Assembly: GCA_002418725.1 (NCBI GenBank)
Contig: DIER01000011.1
Coordinates: 19,344 to 83,343, forward strand
Length of the DNA: 64,000 bases
Source of the DNA: Acholeplasmataceae bacterium UBA5769
GTDB lineage: Bacteria > Bacillota_I > Bacilli_A > Acholeplasmatales > Acholeplasmataceae
Direction: 5' to 3'
Positions 37,664-47,840 of this stretch are shown piece by piece (positions within the stretch are counted from its first letter, which is position 1; every line of letters starts with the position of its first letter). Under the pieces are notes generated by a model. That model had not been told where the DNA came from. It was given only the letters and a program-made list of their open reading frames with translations, and searched no databases. The position numbers and the translations under genes are program-made.

Positions 37664-38653
37664 ATGATACTGATTAGACACCATAACGAAGGACAATTAA
37701 AGCCTTATTTCTATTTTGCACTTGAAGAATATGTTTTAACAAAATTACTCAAAGATGATGAAACCTATTTTTTTACATGGGAAATCCACGGTGTGGTCAT
37801 CGGTAAAAACCAGGTGATTGAAAATGAAGTTAACCTGGCTTATTTGAAAGAACATCAGATCGATGTTTATCGAAGACCTACAGGTGGTGGGTGTGTCTAT
37901 GCCGATCATAGAAATACGATGTTTTCCATCATCACCAAACGGACCAATAAAGAGTTTACTTTTAAAACTTATTTATCTAAAATCATTGACTCCATGAAAC
38001 TTCTTGATATCAACATTGAGTTTTCTGGTAGAAACGATCTCTTGTTTGAGGGTAAAAAGATTTCAGGAAACGCCTTTTTACAAAACAAGTATGGCATGTT
38101 AATGCATGGTACATTTCTCTATGATTGTGATTTAGAGACCATGGTTCGTGCCATCACACCATCGGATGAAAAATTGGTATCCAAAGGCATTGATTCGGTT
38201 AGATCTCGTGTCACCAACTTAAAACCTTACCTTAAGGGTTTATCACAAGAACAGTTGATCAAGCATTTTGAGAATACTTTAACCTTTCAAACCTATGAAC
38301 TTAGTGATGAAGAGGTCGCACTCATTTTCGACATGGCTAAAAAGTATGAAACCAAAGAGTGGATCTATAAGAAACAACCTGCTTATACGAAAATTCTTAA
38401 AAAGAGAATCACTGGTGGCTTATTTGAGATTAAACTTGATTTAGAAGAAGGTATCATCAGAAATCTTGCAGTTCAAGGTGATTTTTTTGACACACAAGCT
38501 TTAAAACCGTTTGAGGATGCATTTAAAGATCAACACTATGATAAGAAAACCGTTGAACATATTTTGAATGAGTTTAAAGTCGAAGATTATATCTTAGATG
38601 CCAAAACTGAAGATTTTAAAAATCTTTTGTTTGAAGGAATCTTAGGTGAATAG
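37664..38653 (+). CDS. lplA: Lipoate-protein ligase A
   Basis: VIGKNQ, RRPTGGGCVY, GRNDL, KISGNA and HGTFL. ATG 37664 follows RBS AAGGAGG. Confidence 0.9.
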   Translation: MILIRHHNEGQLKPYFYFALEEYVLTKLLKDDETYFFTWEIHGVVIGKNQVIENEVNLAYLKEHQIDVYRRPTGGGCVYADHRNTMFSIITKRTNKEFTFKTYLSKIIDSMKLLDINIEFSGRNDLLFEGKKISGNAFLQNKYGMLMHGTFLYDCDLETMVRAITPSDEKLVSKGIDSVRSRVTNLKPYLKGLSQEQLIKHFENTLTFQTYELSDEEVALIFDMAKKYETKEWIYKKQPAYTKILKKRITGGLFEIKLDLEEGIIRNLAVQGDFFDTQALKPFEDAFKDQHYDKKTVEHILNEFKVEDYILDAKTEDFKNLLFEGILGE

Positions 38654-38702
38654 TCACTTATTTGCAGATATTGTCGTTATTCCAGCAAAAGCGCTTAAAA
38701 AA

Positions 38703-38732
38703 TTGACACCATTTTTAAATATTCGTTATAAT
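38703..38732 (+). promoter_or_regulatory. sigma70 promoter
   Basis: TTGACA, 18 nt, TATAAT. Confidence 0.65.
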
Positions 38733-38760
38733 AGAAGAGAAGGCGAAAGGTGGTTAAAGT

Positions 38761-39456
38761 ATGAAGGAAAAGAAACAAAAGAAACAATCCATCGACACTG
38801 AAATCGCAACCGAGGATGGCATCGTTGAAATTAAGAAACCTAAAGTTAAAGAAGCTAAATTAGCGAAAAACCGTCAAAAGTACACACAAAAGTATTTTAA
38901 CAAATTTGCAGGACGTTCACAGGATTCTTATGACAAAATGCTTCAAGATGATTATCGAAAAATTGTTGAACGAGCACACGATCTTTCAAGCATTACCGAA
39001 GCAGATTATCATGAAGTCATGATGATCACCATTCCAGATGCATTTGATCAAACAAGCAAAGTCAATTACCGACTCGATAAAAAAGATGATGACACGTATA
39101 CACTGCTTTACGATCAGGCTTTAGTCACGATTCTTTTCTTTGGTGATGATGTGCTTTATTACCATCAAGCAAACGTTGATCATCGCAATGGTCATATCGC
39201 TTATGATGTCTCTGGTGAGTTCAATTACTTTGATGTGGTACACATGGAAACAGCAATCAAATACGACCGCCCCATCAATCCCAAATACGTCACTTTAGAT
39301 CTTGAGGTTGGCTTAGCTGACGGAACAATCGTTCCTTTCCATCTGCGTAATCACCGTATCCATGAGGAATACGATTTGCATGCTTTTATCACGGATCAGG
39401 AGAAAAAGTTCCTTGATACCTTGAAGCAACACGTGAGAGAAAGCAGAAAACTTTAG
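38761..39456 (+). CDS. Hypothetical protein (231 aa, Lys-rich N-terminus)
   Basis: Own promoter and terminator (AAACCC-TTAG-GGGTTTTT, 39457-74); no recognised motif. Confidence 0.75.
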   Translation: MKEKKQKKQSIDTEIATEDGIVEIKKPKVKEAKLAKNRQKYTQKYFNKFAGRSQDSYDKMLQDDYRKIVERAHDLSSITEADYHEVMMITIPDAFDQTSKVNYRLDKKDDDTYTLLYDQALVTILFFGDDVLYYHQANVDHRNGHIAYDVSGEFNYFDVVHMETAIKYDRPINPKYVTLDLEVGLADGTIVPFHLRNHRIHEEYDLHAFITDQEKKFLDTLKQHVRESRKL

Positions 39457-39493
39457 AAACCCTTAGGGGTTTTTAAATAATGTACAGTATCAA

Positions 39494-39522
39494 TTGACAT
39501 TTACCCCATTATTTTGTATAAT
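39494..39522 (+). promoter_or_regulatory. Consensus sigma70 promoter of yceD-rpmF
   Basis: TTGACA, 17 nt, TATAAT with extended TG. Confidence 0.85.
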
Positions 39523-39543
39523 ACTTTCGTTGAGGTGATATTG

Positions 39544-39975
39544 ATGACATTTTCAATCCATCAGTTAAAAGAAGTCTCAAAATTAGACTTCACATACGAC
39601 TATAAACATCATCTCAAACATGTCATTGACATCTTGGATATTGGTCCAGCACACATCACATGTGAGCTCAAATGGATTCAAGATGAATTAGTGATGGATG
39701 TTCATATCGATGTAAACATGGTTTTAGCATGTTCTAAAACATTAAAACCTGTGCCGTATGTTATGAAGATGGATGAACAGATAATCTTCGGACCTACTGA
39801 AGATAGTGATTATCCATTAACGGATCCACTCGAACTGACCGATATTCTCTTCGGATATATCGTTTCAGAAAAACCTTTTACCATCTATCATCCAGATGCG
39901 ATGAATACCTCTTTTGAAAAAGAAAGAAGTCCACATCCCGCATTTGCAGATTTAGATAAGACTTTCAAGAAATAG
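39544..39975 (+). CDS. YceD/DUF177 family protein
   Basis: [10 protein letters not shown] and terminal HPAFADL; canonical position upstream of rpmF. ATG 39544. Confidence 0.8.
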   Translation: MTFSIHQLKEVSKLDFTYDYKHHLKHVIDILDIGPAHITCELKWIQDELVMDVHIDVNMVLACSKTLKPVPYVMKMDEQIIFGPTEDSDYPLTDPLELTDILFGYIVSEKPFTIYHPDAMNTSFEKERSPHPAFADLDKTFKK

Positions 39976-39986
39976 GAGGTGAACAG

Positions 39987-40178
39987 ATGGCTGTTCCATT
40001 TCGTAGAACGGGTAAGACTGCTAAGAGAAAGAGAAGAACTCATTTCAAGTTAACTGCTCCTGCATTAGTTGTATGCCCACAAACCGGTGAATTCACATTG
40101 CCACATCGTGTGACACCAAACAGTGGTTACTACAAGGGTCAACAAGTATTAACCAAGAAAGAATCCAAGAAGGATTAA
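39987..40178 (+). CDS. rpmF: 50S ribosomal protein L32
   Basis: [19 protein letters not shown]...PHRV...GYYKG; terminator 40182-40207. Confidence 0.96.
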   Translation: MAVPFRRTGKTAKRKRRTHFKLTAPALVVCPQTGEFTLPHRVTPNSGYYKGQQVLTKKESKKD

Positions 40179-40261
40179 GGAAGGGTGCCTTAGGCACCTT
40201 TTTCTTTCATGAATTGACAAGATTCTTCTTTTCATAGATAATGAAGATGTTGAGGTGTAGG

Positions 40262-41161
40262 ATGAAACATATCACAGTTTTAAAACAAGAAGCGATTGAC
40301 TATTTAAATATTAAACCTGATGGTATCTATGTCGATGGTACTTTGGGTGGGGCCGGTCACAGCAAATGTATTTTAGAAAAGCTTGATCAAGGCTTTCTTT
40401 ACGCATTTGATCAAGATCAATTTGCCATTGATTATGCCAAAAATGTGTTAAAGGATTTCAAGCGCTATGAAATCATCAAATCGAATTTTCGCTATTTAAA
40501 ACAAGAATTAGAAAAAAGAGATGTGCACGCCATTGATGGCTTGCTTTTAGATTTGGGTTTATCCTCCTTTCAAATCGATGATGAATCCAGAGGGTTTACC
40601 TATCTCAAAGAGACATCCTTGGATATGCGGATGGATCAAAGCCAAACACTCACTGCAGCGGTTATCTTGAACACGTTTAGTTTGGATGAGCTTGCTAAAA
40701 TATTTTATGTGTATGGTGAAGAAAAAAACAGTTATAAGATTGCCCGCAAAGTGATCGATCATCGACCGCTCAACACCACGATGGATTTGGTTAAGATTTG
40801 TGATCAGGTGAATTATAAAGAAAAAGGACACAGTTCAAAGCGTGTCTTTCAAGCTTTAAGAATCGCGGTTAACGATGAACTTCGTGTCCTTGAAGATGTT
40901 TTAAAAGATGCAGTTCAGATGTTAAAGCCAGATGGGCGTTTGGTTGTTATCACCTTTCATTCGCTTGAAGATCGTATCGTGAAACATTTCTTCCGTGACG
41001 AATCAGATGTTGATCCTGTTTTGAAAAAACTGCCTATGGTTATGGATCAAGAAGGTAAAACAGAAGTATTAACGCGTAAACCGGTTTATCCCAGTGAAAC
41101 AGAAATGAGTGAAAATTCTAGAAGTAAATCTGCGAAACTGAGAGCACTTCGTAAAAGATAA
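40262..41161 (+). CDS. rsmH: 16S rRNA m4C1402 methyltransferase RsmH
   Basis: HITVL, DGTLGGAGHS, DLGLSSFQID, FQALRIAVNDEL, ITFHSLEDR and SRSKSAKLR. ATG 40262. Terminator 41168-41192. Confidence 0.95.
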   Translation: MKHITVLKQEAIDYLNIKPDGIYVDGTLGGAGHSKCILEKLDQGFLYAFDQDQFAIDYAKNVLKDFKRYEIIKSNFRYLKQELEKRDVHAIDGLLLDLGLSSFQIDDESRGFTYLKETSLDMRMDQSQTLTAAVILNTFSLDELAKIFYVYGEEKNSYKIARKVIDHRPLNTTMDLVKICDQVNYKEKGHSSKRVFQALRIAVNDELRVLEDVLKDAVQMLKPDGRLVVITFHSLEDRIVKHFFRDESDVDPVLKKLPMVMDQEGKTEVLTRKPVYPSETEMSENSRSKSAKLRALRKR

Positions 41162-41291
41162 AAAAAGAAGTCACGCGAGTGACTTTTTGTTTAGTGGTGT
41201 GATCATCAAACGGATAAGCCTTGAACAAATCTTTTCTGAGAAAAAAGCCATATGAAAAAACGAACACATGATCACTTTTTCATGTAAATAC

Positions 41292-41714
41292 TTATTTTTT
41301 CTTATTTGAAGCCGAGATAATGATACGGATGTAATCTAGATCAAGATGTTTAAATGCAGGATGTTTACTGACAAATTCAAAGATATCCGGGCTGTTAACT
41401 TCCGTGATTTCATTAGTATCTCTATTCATAATATGGATATGACTATCAGCATTGTGCATCGGATTACCAAGTGATAGATCATAATATTTAACGTTGTTAA
41501 TGTAAATTTCAACAACAATTTTTTGTTCCATCAGGAACTCTAGGTTGTTATAAATGGTTGACACATTATAAAAACCTCTTGCTGCCAATGCTTTTTGAAT
41601 TTCTTTGAATGTTAAATGTTGATTTTCCAAGATTTCAATCATGGCTTTTCTACTCTTGGTTAATCTCATTTTATCATCACGAATTTTTTGAAAATAACGA
41701 TCTTTAAGTTCCAT
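41292..41714 (-). CDS. Fur-family transcriptional regulator lacking cysteines
   Basis: RLTKSRKAMIEIL, STIYNNL..L and the HIHI metal-site region. Confidence 0.75.
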   Translation of the reverse strand: MELKDRYFQKIRDDKMRLTKSRKAMIEILENQHLTFKEIQKALAARGFYNVSTIYNNLEFLMEQKIVVEIYINNVKYYDLSLGNPMHNADSHIHIMNRDTNEITEVNSPDIFEFVSKHPAFKHLDLDYIRIIISASNKKK

Positions 41715-41876
41715 CTAATCTCATTCCCTTCGGGATTCTATTAATCTATATTGATACATATGTATTATATCAGTATTTAGAATTGATTTAAAGAAAAATG
41801 CTTGCTGAAAATCAAGCATCTCGCTATCAATCATCCTATTTTATCATGAACATGATATAATAAAAAGGGTGATGTC

Positions 41877-42452
41877 ATGCATATCGTATTTGGGGGTTCA
41901 TTTAACCCACCAACCAAGGCACATGTTCAAATCATTAAATACTTATGTGCGGTTTTCCCATCTTCTAAAGTCATTATTGTTCCAGTAGGAGATGATTACC
42001 GGAAACCCGAACTTGCTCCATTTCACATGCGTTTTGACATGTTGAAACTTGCAGTAAATGATCTTGATCGTGTTATTCTTTCACCAATTGAATCCAATCA
42101 AGGTTATCAAGGAACGTTACGCACACTTGATGATTTATCGAAAACATATCAAGACATCCATTTTGTCATTGGCTCAGACCATCTTAAAGGTTTAAGGGCT
42201 TGGATCAAGTATGAAGAACTTTTGAGAAGATATCCGTTTATCGTAATCAATCGCCGTGGTTATTTGTCTCAAGAAGAAGCGGAAGCGATGTATAAAGATG
42301 TTGAGCATCGGTTTATCTATTTGCCTTTTGATGATATATCTGCCTCTACATTGATCAGAAAAAATAAACATCAATTTAAAGATATGTTAGATCCTAACGT
42401 CTATGAATATATTTTGAAGCATCAACTCTACGAGGTGAACACACATGTATAA
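41877..42452 (+). CDS. nadD: Nicotinate-nucleotide adenylyltransferase
   Basis: FGGSFNPPTKAH, FVIGSD and ISASTLIR; directly upstream of nadE. Confidence 0.9.
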   Translation: MHIVFGGSFNPPTKAHVQIIKYLCAVFPSSKVIIVPVGDDYRKPELAPFHMRFDMLKLAVNDLDRVILSPIESNQGYQGTLRTLDDLSKTYQDIHFVIGSDHLKGLRAWIKYEELLRRYPFIVINRRGYLSQEEAEAMYKDVEHRFIYLPFDDISASTLIRKNKHQFKDMLDPNVYEYILKHQLYEVNTHV

Positions 42453-44301
42453 ACACGGTATTTTAAAAGTTGCAGCTGCGACACCTAAAATTGTTGTAGG
42501 CGATATTGATCACAACAAAAACGAGATTTTATCTATTTTAAATGCATCAGATGCAGGCATCATCGTTTTTCCTGAACTAACCATCACAGGTTATACAGCG
42601 AGTGATTTGTTTTATCAAGAAGCGTTTATTGATGAAGCGAAACAAGCCATTTTAGCCATTATGGAGCATACGACATTTGAAGGCATTTTTATCTTAGGCG
42701 CTCCCCTCGATCTTTATGGTATTTTATATAACTGTGCCCTCGTGATCCAAAACAAACACATCTTAGGCGTTGTGCCAAAGCACTATTTGCCTAATTACCA
42801 TGAATTTTATGAAAAAAGATGGTTTCATACCGGATTTAAAACACAAATGAAATCGATCAAGTTATTTGGAAAATCTGTACCCTTTGGTTATTTAATTTTT
42901 GAAGATGCTGATGAAAACATCCGTTTTGGTGTTGAGGTATGTCAAGATTTATGGGCAGCGTATAGTCCTAGCGATGACATGAGCTTAGCTGGAGCTAATT
43001 TGTTTTTCAATTTATCCGCATCACCAGAACGTGTTGGAAAACTCTCTGTTCGAAGAAACCTCGTTTTAGATCATTCTAGAAAACAAATGGCTGCCTATGT
43101 TTATACATCGACAGGTCATTTTGAGTCTTCCTCCGAAGTGGTTTTCTCTAACCATAAATTGATTGCATCACAAGGTACACTGATCGCTGAGGATGTCCAA
43201 TTTCACATGCAAGGCTCTGTTTTAGCTGCGGATATTGATATTGCAGCCATCAACTATCAAAAAAGACAAGATTCAACCTATCGTGATATGCACATGTTGA
43301 TTCAAAATCAATATCAGTTTATTCCGGTATCATTTAAGGAATCAGAAACATTTAGATTTGAGAAAAAACTCTCACAAAAACCATTTATTCCTGAATTTGA
43401 CCAAGAAGAAGAAATCGAACTGGCAAACCATTTGCAAACCTTTGGTTTAATCAAACGTATTGAATCACTTCCAGAAAGTGCCTCTAAGATTATATTAGGT
43501 ATTTCTGGCGGATTGGACTCTGCGCTTGCGCTCCTTGTGAGTCATCAAGCGATGACGATCTTAGGAAGAAATCCCCAAGATATTATTGCAGTGACGATGC
43601 CAGCACAAGCAACATCGAAACAATCTTTTTCGATTGCTAAAGATCTTATGCAAGCTTTAGGCGTGACAGCTCTTGAAATTCCGATTGCAGAATCTGTTGA
43701 TTTACATCTAAAATCTATTGATCACAACACGAAAGATGTCACCTATGAAAATGCACAGGCGAGAATGAGAACACTCATTTTAATGGATCTGGCGAACAAG
43801 CATGGTGGCTTTGTCTTGGGGACAGGTGATTTATCTGAGATTGCACTTGGATGGATGACCTATAATGGTGATCAAATGAGTATGTATGCCGTTAATGCGG
43901 GTCTACCTAAGACGTGGGTACAACTTTTGATTGGTTACCACGCGAAGCATAAGTATCAGATGATTGCACCTTTACTAACCGCCATCTTGAATGCACCTAT
44001 CACCCCTGAACTTTTAGAAAATCAAGATACAGAAAAATCGATTGGACGTTATGATGTCAATGATTTCATCTTATACCATCATTTAGAGCATGGTGCAGAT
44101 GAAGAAAAATGCATCTATCTTGTCCAACACGCCTTTGACATGTCGTTAGCAGAAGCTAAACTTTATGTCGAACGCTTTATGAAACGTTTTTACTCACAAC
44201 AGTTTAAACGGCAAACTTTACCTGAAGGACCCAAAATTTTAGGCATATCACTCTCCCCTCGTGGACAGTACCGCATGCCTAGCGATGTTAAAAGAAAGTG
44301 A
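42445..44301 (+). CDS. nadE: Glutamine-dependent NAD+ synthetase
   Basis: CN-hydrolase domain (FPEL, PK..LPNY.EFYEKRWF, EVCQDLW) plus SGGLDS, ENAQARMR and GTGDLSE. Confidence 0.95.
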   Translation: MYKHGILKVAAATPKIVVGDIDHNKNEILSILNASDAGIIVFPELTITGYTASDLFYQEAFIDEAKQAILAIMEHTTFEGIFILGAPLDLYGILYNCALVIQNKHILGVVPKHYLPNYHEFYEKRWFHTGFKTQMKSIKLFGKSVPFGYLIFEDADENIRFGVEVCQDLWAAYSPSDDMSLAGANLFFNLSASPERVGKLSVRRNLVLDHSRKQMAAYVYTSTGHFESSSEVVFSNHKLIASQGTLIAEDVQFHMQGSVLAADIDIAAINYQKRQDSTYRDMHMLIQNQYQFIPVSFKESETFRFEKKLSQKPFIPEFDQEEEIELANHLQTFGLIKRIESLPESASKIILGISGGLDSALALLVSHQAMTILGRNPQDIIAVTMPAQATSKQSFSIAKDLMQALGVTALEIPIAESVDLHLKSIDHNTKDVTYENAQARMRTLILMDLANKHGGFVLGTGDLSEIALGWMTYNGDQMSMYAVNAGLPKTWVQLLIGYHAKHKYQMIAPLLTAILNAPITPELLENQDTEKSIGRYDVNDFILYHHLEHGADEEKCIYLVQHAFDMSLAEAKLYVERFMKRFYSQQFKRQTLPEGPKILGISLSPRGQYRMPSDVKRK

Positions 44302-44305
44302 TGTT

Positions 44306-45436
44306 ATGAAGAAAGAAAAAGTAATTATTGGCTTAAGTGGTGGCGTGGACTCAAGCGTCGCTGCATATCTCTTAAAAAAAGACGGCTACGATGTAGAAGC
44401 CGTTTTTATGCGCAATTGGGATAGTGCAACCAATCGCGATATCAAAGGTAACCCGACCGTATTTGATGAGGTTTGTGAACAAGAAAAAGATTATCAAGAT
44501 GCGAAAGCAGTGGCCGATAAGCTTGGAATTGTACTTCACAAGGTAGACTTCATCGAAGATTATTGGGATAGAGTATTTTCTTATTTCTTAGATGAATATA
44601 AGAAAAATAGAACACCCAATCCTGATGTTTTATGTAACAATGAAATCAAGTTTAAGGCATTCGTTGATTATGTCAAGAAACTTGATGCAGATTATATCGC
44701 TATGGGCCATTATGCTCAAGTGGATTTAACAGGAGCCTATCCCAAGTTATTGCGTGCATTTGATCAAAACAAAGACCAAACCTATTTCTTATCACAGTTA
44801 AGAGAAGAACAATTGAAGAATGTCATGTTTCCGATTGGGCATATGGATAAGAAAGAAGTGCGTAAAATCGCTTTAGAACAAGGTTTAATCACAGCAACGA
44901 AGAAGGATTCAACCGGAATTTGTTTCATCGGAGAACGCCATTTTGCAGACTTTTTATCGAACTATTTACCCGCACAAAAGGGGTTAATGAAACGTCTTGA
45001 TGGTACGGTGATTAAAGAACATTTTGGTTTAATGAACTATACCATTGGACAACGTAAAGGCTTAGGTATTGGTGGATCAAAAGAAGAACTATCGGCTTGG
45101 TATGTGGTGGGTAAAGATTTAAAAACCAATACTCTTTTGGTGGAACCGGGGTTTCATCATCCCCACTTGTATTCAGATGAAGCTTTGATTACCGATGTGG
45201 TTTGGCGTGGTCCTAAAACGGAAGGTCCCATGACTGCGAAGTTTCGATACCGTCAACCCGATCAAGATGTTATCGTGACATGGATCGAAGATCAAACACT
45301 CACCGTAAGTTACCCACAAACCATTCGTGCAGTGACACCTGGTCAGGTTTGTGCGTTTTATCAAGGCGATGTCTGTGTGGGTTCTGGTTTTATTGCAGAA
45401 GTTTATATGGATAAAAAACGAAGACAATATAGTTAA
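44306..45436 (+). CDS. mnmA: tRNA 2-thiouridylase MnmA
   Basis: SGGVDSSV, TPNPDVLCN.EIKF, KDQTYFL, KKDSTGICFIG and TPGQ. ATG 44306. Terminator 45435-58. Confidence 0.96.
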   Translation: MKKEKVIIGLSGGVDSSVAAYLLKKDGYDVEAVFMRNWDSATNRDIKGNPTVFDEVCEQEKDYQDAKAVADKLGIVLHKVDFIEDYWDRVFSYFLDEYKKNRTPNPDVLCNNEIKFKAFVDYVKKLDADYIAMGHYAQVDLTGAYPKLLRAFDQNKDQTYFLSQLREEQLKNVMFPIGHMDKKEVRKIALEQGLITATKKDSTGICFIGERHFADFLSNYLPAQKGLMKRLDGTVIKEHFGLMNYTIGQRKGLGIGGSKEELSAWYVVGKDLKTNTLLVEPGFHHPHLYSDEALITDVVWRGPKTEGPMTAKFRYRQPDQDVIVTWIEDQTLTVSYPQTIRAVTPGQVCAFYQGDVCVGSGFIAEVYMDKKRRQYS

Positions 45437-45508
45437 AGGAACTCTTGTTCCTTTTTTTAAAAGGGTTTAAATGATATAATTTGAGTAAACATAAAAGATG
45501 AGGTAGGC

Positions 45509-47725
45509 ATGGATCAAGTACGCGGGAAAATCAAAAACTACGTGTTTCATAACGATGAAAACAGTTATTCCATCGCACGTTTAATCACGGAAGATTTAAA
45601 AACCGTCACCATTGTCGGTTATTTTCCTGTTGTCAGTGAAGACATGACCTATGAGTTCTCGGGAACATGGGTAAAGCATAACACGTATGGCGAACAGCTT
45701 AAAGTCGAATCGTTTAAAAAGTGTGAACAGCAGAGTAAATCAGGATTAATCAGTTATTTATCGTCGCCTTTTTTTCATGGCATAGGGCCTAAAACGGCAG
45801 AAAAAATTGTCGATCTTTTAGGAGTCGATGCGATACAGTTGATCACAAAAGATAAAACGGTGTTAAAAGAGATTGGACTTTCTGCGATACGCATTGAAAA
45901 GTTTTATCAACAACTCATTGAAAATCAAACCAATGAACACATTTTGGTTGCCTTATATGGTTATGAATTATCTGGAAAACTAGCGATGAAGCTGCTCAAT
46001 AAATACCAGATGTTGACCCTAGAAAAACTGGAAGAAAACCCTTATCGTTTGATTGATGATTTAGAAGGTATCGGGTTTATTAAAGCCGATGAAATAGCAC
46101 GTAAATTTCATATCGCTAAAGATGATCCAAGACGCATCAGAGCTGCCATTTTATATGCTATTGAGCAGATAGCTTATCAAAATGGAGATCTTTATTTGAC
46201 CAGGGAACAACTCGAAAATGATGCTTATCAAGCCTTAGGCGATGTGATGGATCTAACGAGTGCAATTCAATCACTTATGGATGAAAAAAGATTAGTGCTT
46301 GAAGAAAATCGTTATTATTTAAGCATGACTTATTATACTGAAATAGGCTTAGCAGAGAAGATGAAAGAACTGATGGGTAAACCTGTTATTTCTGACATCG
46401 ATTACATAGAGACATTACTGGATGCGACTGAAATCCAAAAGAATATCACGTACACAGACGTTCAAAAAGAAGCGATTGTAACGGCCTTAACGCAAAGGTT
46501 TACCATCATTACCGGTGGTCCTGGAACCGGGAAAACCACGATCATTGATGGCTTACTCGATGTCTATCGAAAATACCATCAACTCAATTTTAAAAATCCA
46601 GCCATCTATGAAAAAATAGGGCTCATGGCACCCACAGGACGTGCAGCCAAACGGATGAAAGAACTGCTTGATATGGATGCGAAAACCATTCATAGGCATT
46701 TAGGTTTTAGTTATGATGGTGATTTTTTATACGATGAAAAACATCAATTACCTCAGGACTTAATCATCATTGATGAAGCATCGATGATCGACTTATTTTT
46801 AGCGAAAAAATTATTTGGAGCTATCAAAGATGGTGCACAAGTCATTGTTGTTGGCGATGTTGACCAACTTCCTTCTGTCGGACCTGGACAAATCTTATCG
46901 GACATGATTGAAAGTGGTGTGATTCCAACCGTGAGATTAACGCAAATCCACCGACAAGCAAAAGATTCCAAAATCATACGTTTATCAAGAGCGGTAAATG
47001 AACAACAAGTTTCCTATGATGATTTAGTCAGTGAACAAGATGTTTATCTTTACAAATCCTCTTCTGACCGCATCAAAAAAACGATTATTCAGCAAATTCA
47101 AGGTGCACTCCAAGAAGGTTATTCACTTATTGAAGACATTCAAGTGTTAGCTCCGATGTATAAAGGAGATCTTGGTATCGATAATCTCAACATCGCTTTG
47201 CAAGAAGCGTTTAATACCAAGAAAGACCGTAAAATGGTTTATGGTGATAAAACCTATTATGTCGGTGACAAAGTGATACAACTCGTCAATGATCCAGAGC
47301 GACTCATCATGAATGGTGATATTGGTGTAATCAAAGATATTAAAACCAACGCGCAAGATGAACTTTACATGATTGTCAGCTATGATGATAATGAAGTGAT
47401 GTATGAAAAAACAGATTTAGATGAAATCAATCTAGCCTATGCCATCAGCATTCATAAATCCCAGGGTAGTGAGTATAAAATTGTCATGATGCCTATGGTG
47501 AAAAGTTACATGCATATGCTTAAGAAAGAATTGATTTATACAGCCATGACGCGGGCGAAAAAATTCTTAATCATTTTAGGTGATATGCAACTCTTGATCT
47601 ATGCAGCCAATCATTTATCTGAAAAAAGACAGACCACACTCGCGCTTCGTTTAAAGGGAGATCTCATCACAGAAGACGCCCAGTTTGATCCACTCGAAGA
47701 ACTATCACCATATGACTTTATGTAG
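45509..47725 (+). CDS. recD2: ATP-dependent RecD-like helicase
   Basis: HhH GIGPKTA, Walker A GGPGTGKTT, APTGRAAKR, IDEASM, GDVDQLPSVG and HKSQGSE. Terminator 47729-57. Confidence 0.95.
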   Translation: MDQVRGKIKNYVFHNDENSYSIARLITEDLKTVTIVGYFPVVSEDMTYEFSGTWVKHNTYGEQLKVESFKKCEQQSKSGLISYLSSPFFHGIGPKTAEKIVDLLGVDAIQLITKDKTVLKEIGLSAIRIEKFYQQLIENQTNEHILVALYGYELSGKLAMKLLNKYQMLTLEKLEENPYRLIDDLEGIGFIKADEIARKFHIAKDDPRRIRAAILYAIEQIAYQNGDLYLTREQLENDAYQALGDVMDLTSAIQSLMDEKRLVLEENRYYLSMTYYTEIGLAEKMKELMGKPVISDIDYIETLLDATEIQKNITYTDVQKEAIVTALTQRFTIITGGPGTGKTTIIDGLLDVYRKYHQLNFKNPAIYEKIGLMAPTGRAAKRMKELLDMDAKTIHRHLGFSYDGDFLYDEKHQLPQDLIIIDEASMIDLFLAKKLFGAIKDGAQVIVVGDVDQLPSVGPGQILSDMIESGVIPTVRLTQIHRQAKDSKIIRLSRAVNEQQVSYDDLVSEQDVYLYKSSSDRIKKTIIQQIQGALQEGYSLIEDIQVLAPMYKGDLGIDNLNIALQEAFNTKKDRKMVYGDKTYYVGDKVIQLVNDPERLIMNGDIGVIKDIKTNAQDELYMIVSYDDNEVMYEKTDLDEINLAYAISIHKSQGSEYKIVMMPMVKSYMHMLKKELIYTAMTRAKKFLIILGDMQLLIYAANHLSEKRQTTLALRLKGDLITEDAQFDPLEELSPYDFM

Positions 47726-47840
47726 TCTAAAAGAAGCGCTTTCTTCGCTTCTTTTTTGATGAAATGCACTTGAAATGGCTTAACATACACATCACCTATG
47801 ATATACTGTTTAAGAATGTATGTAAAGGAAGTCATGAATC

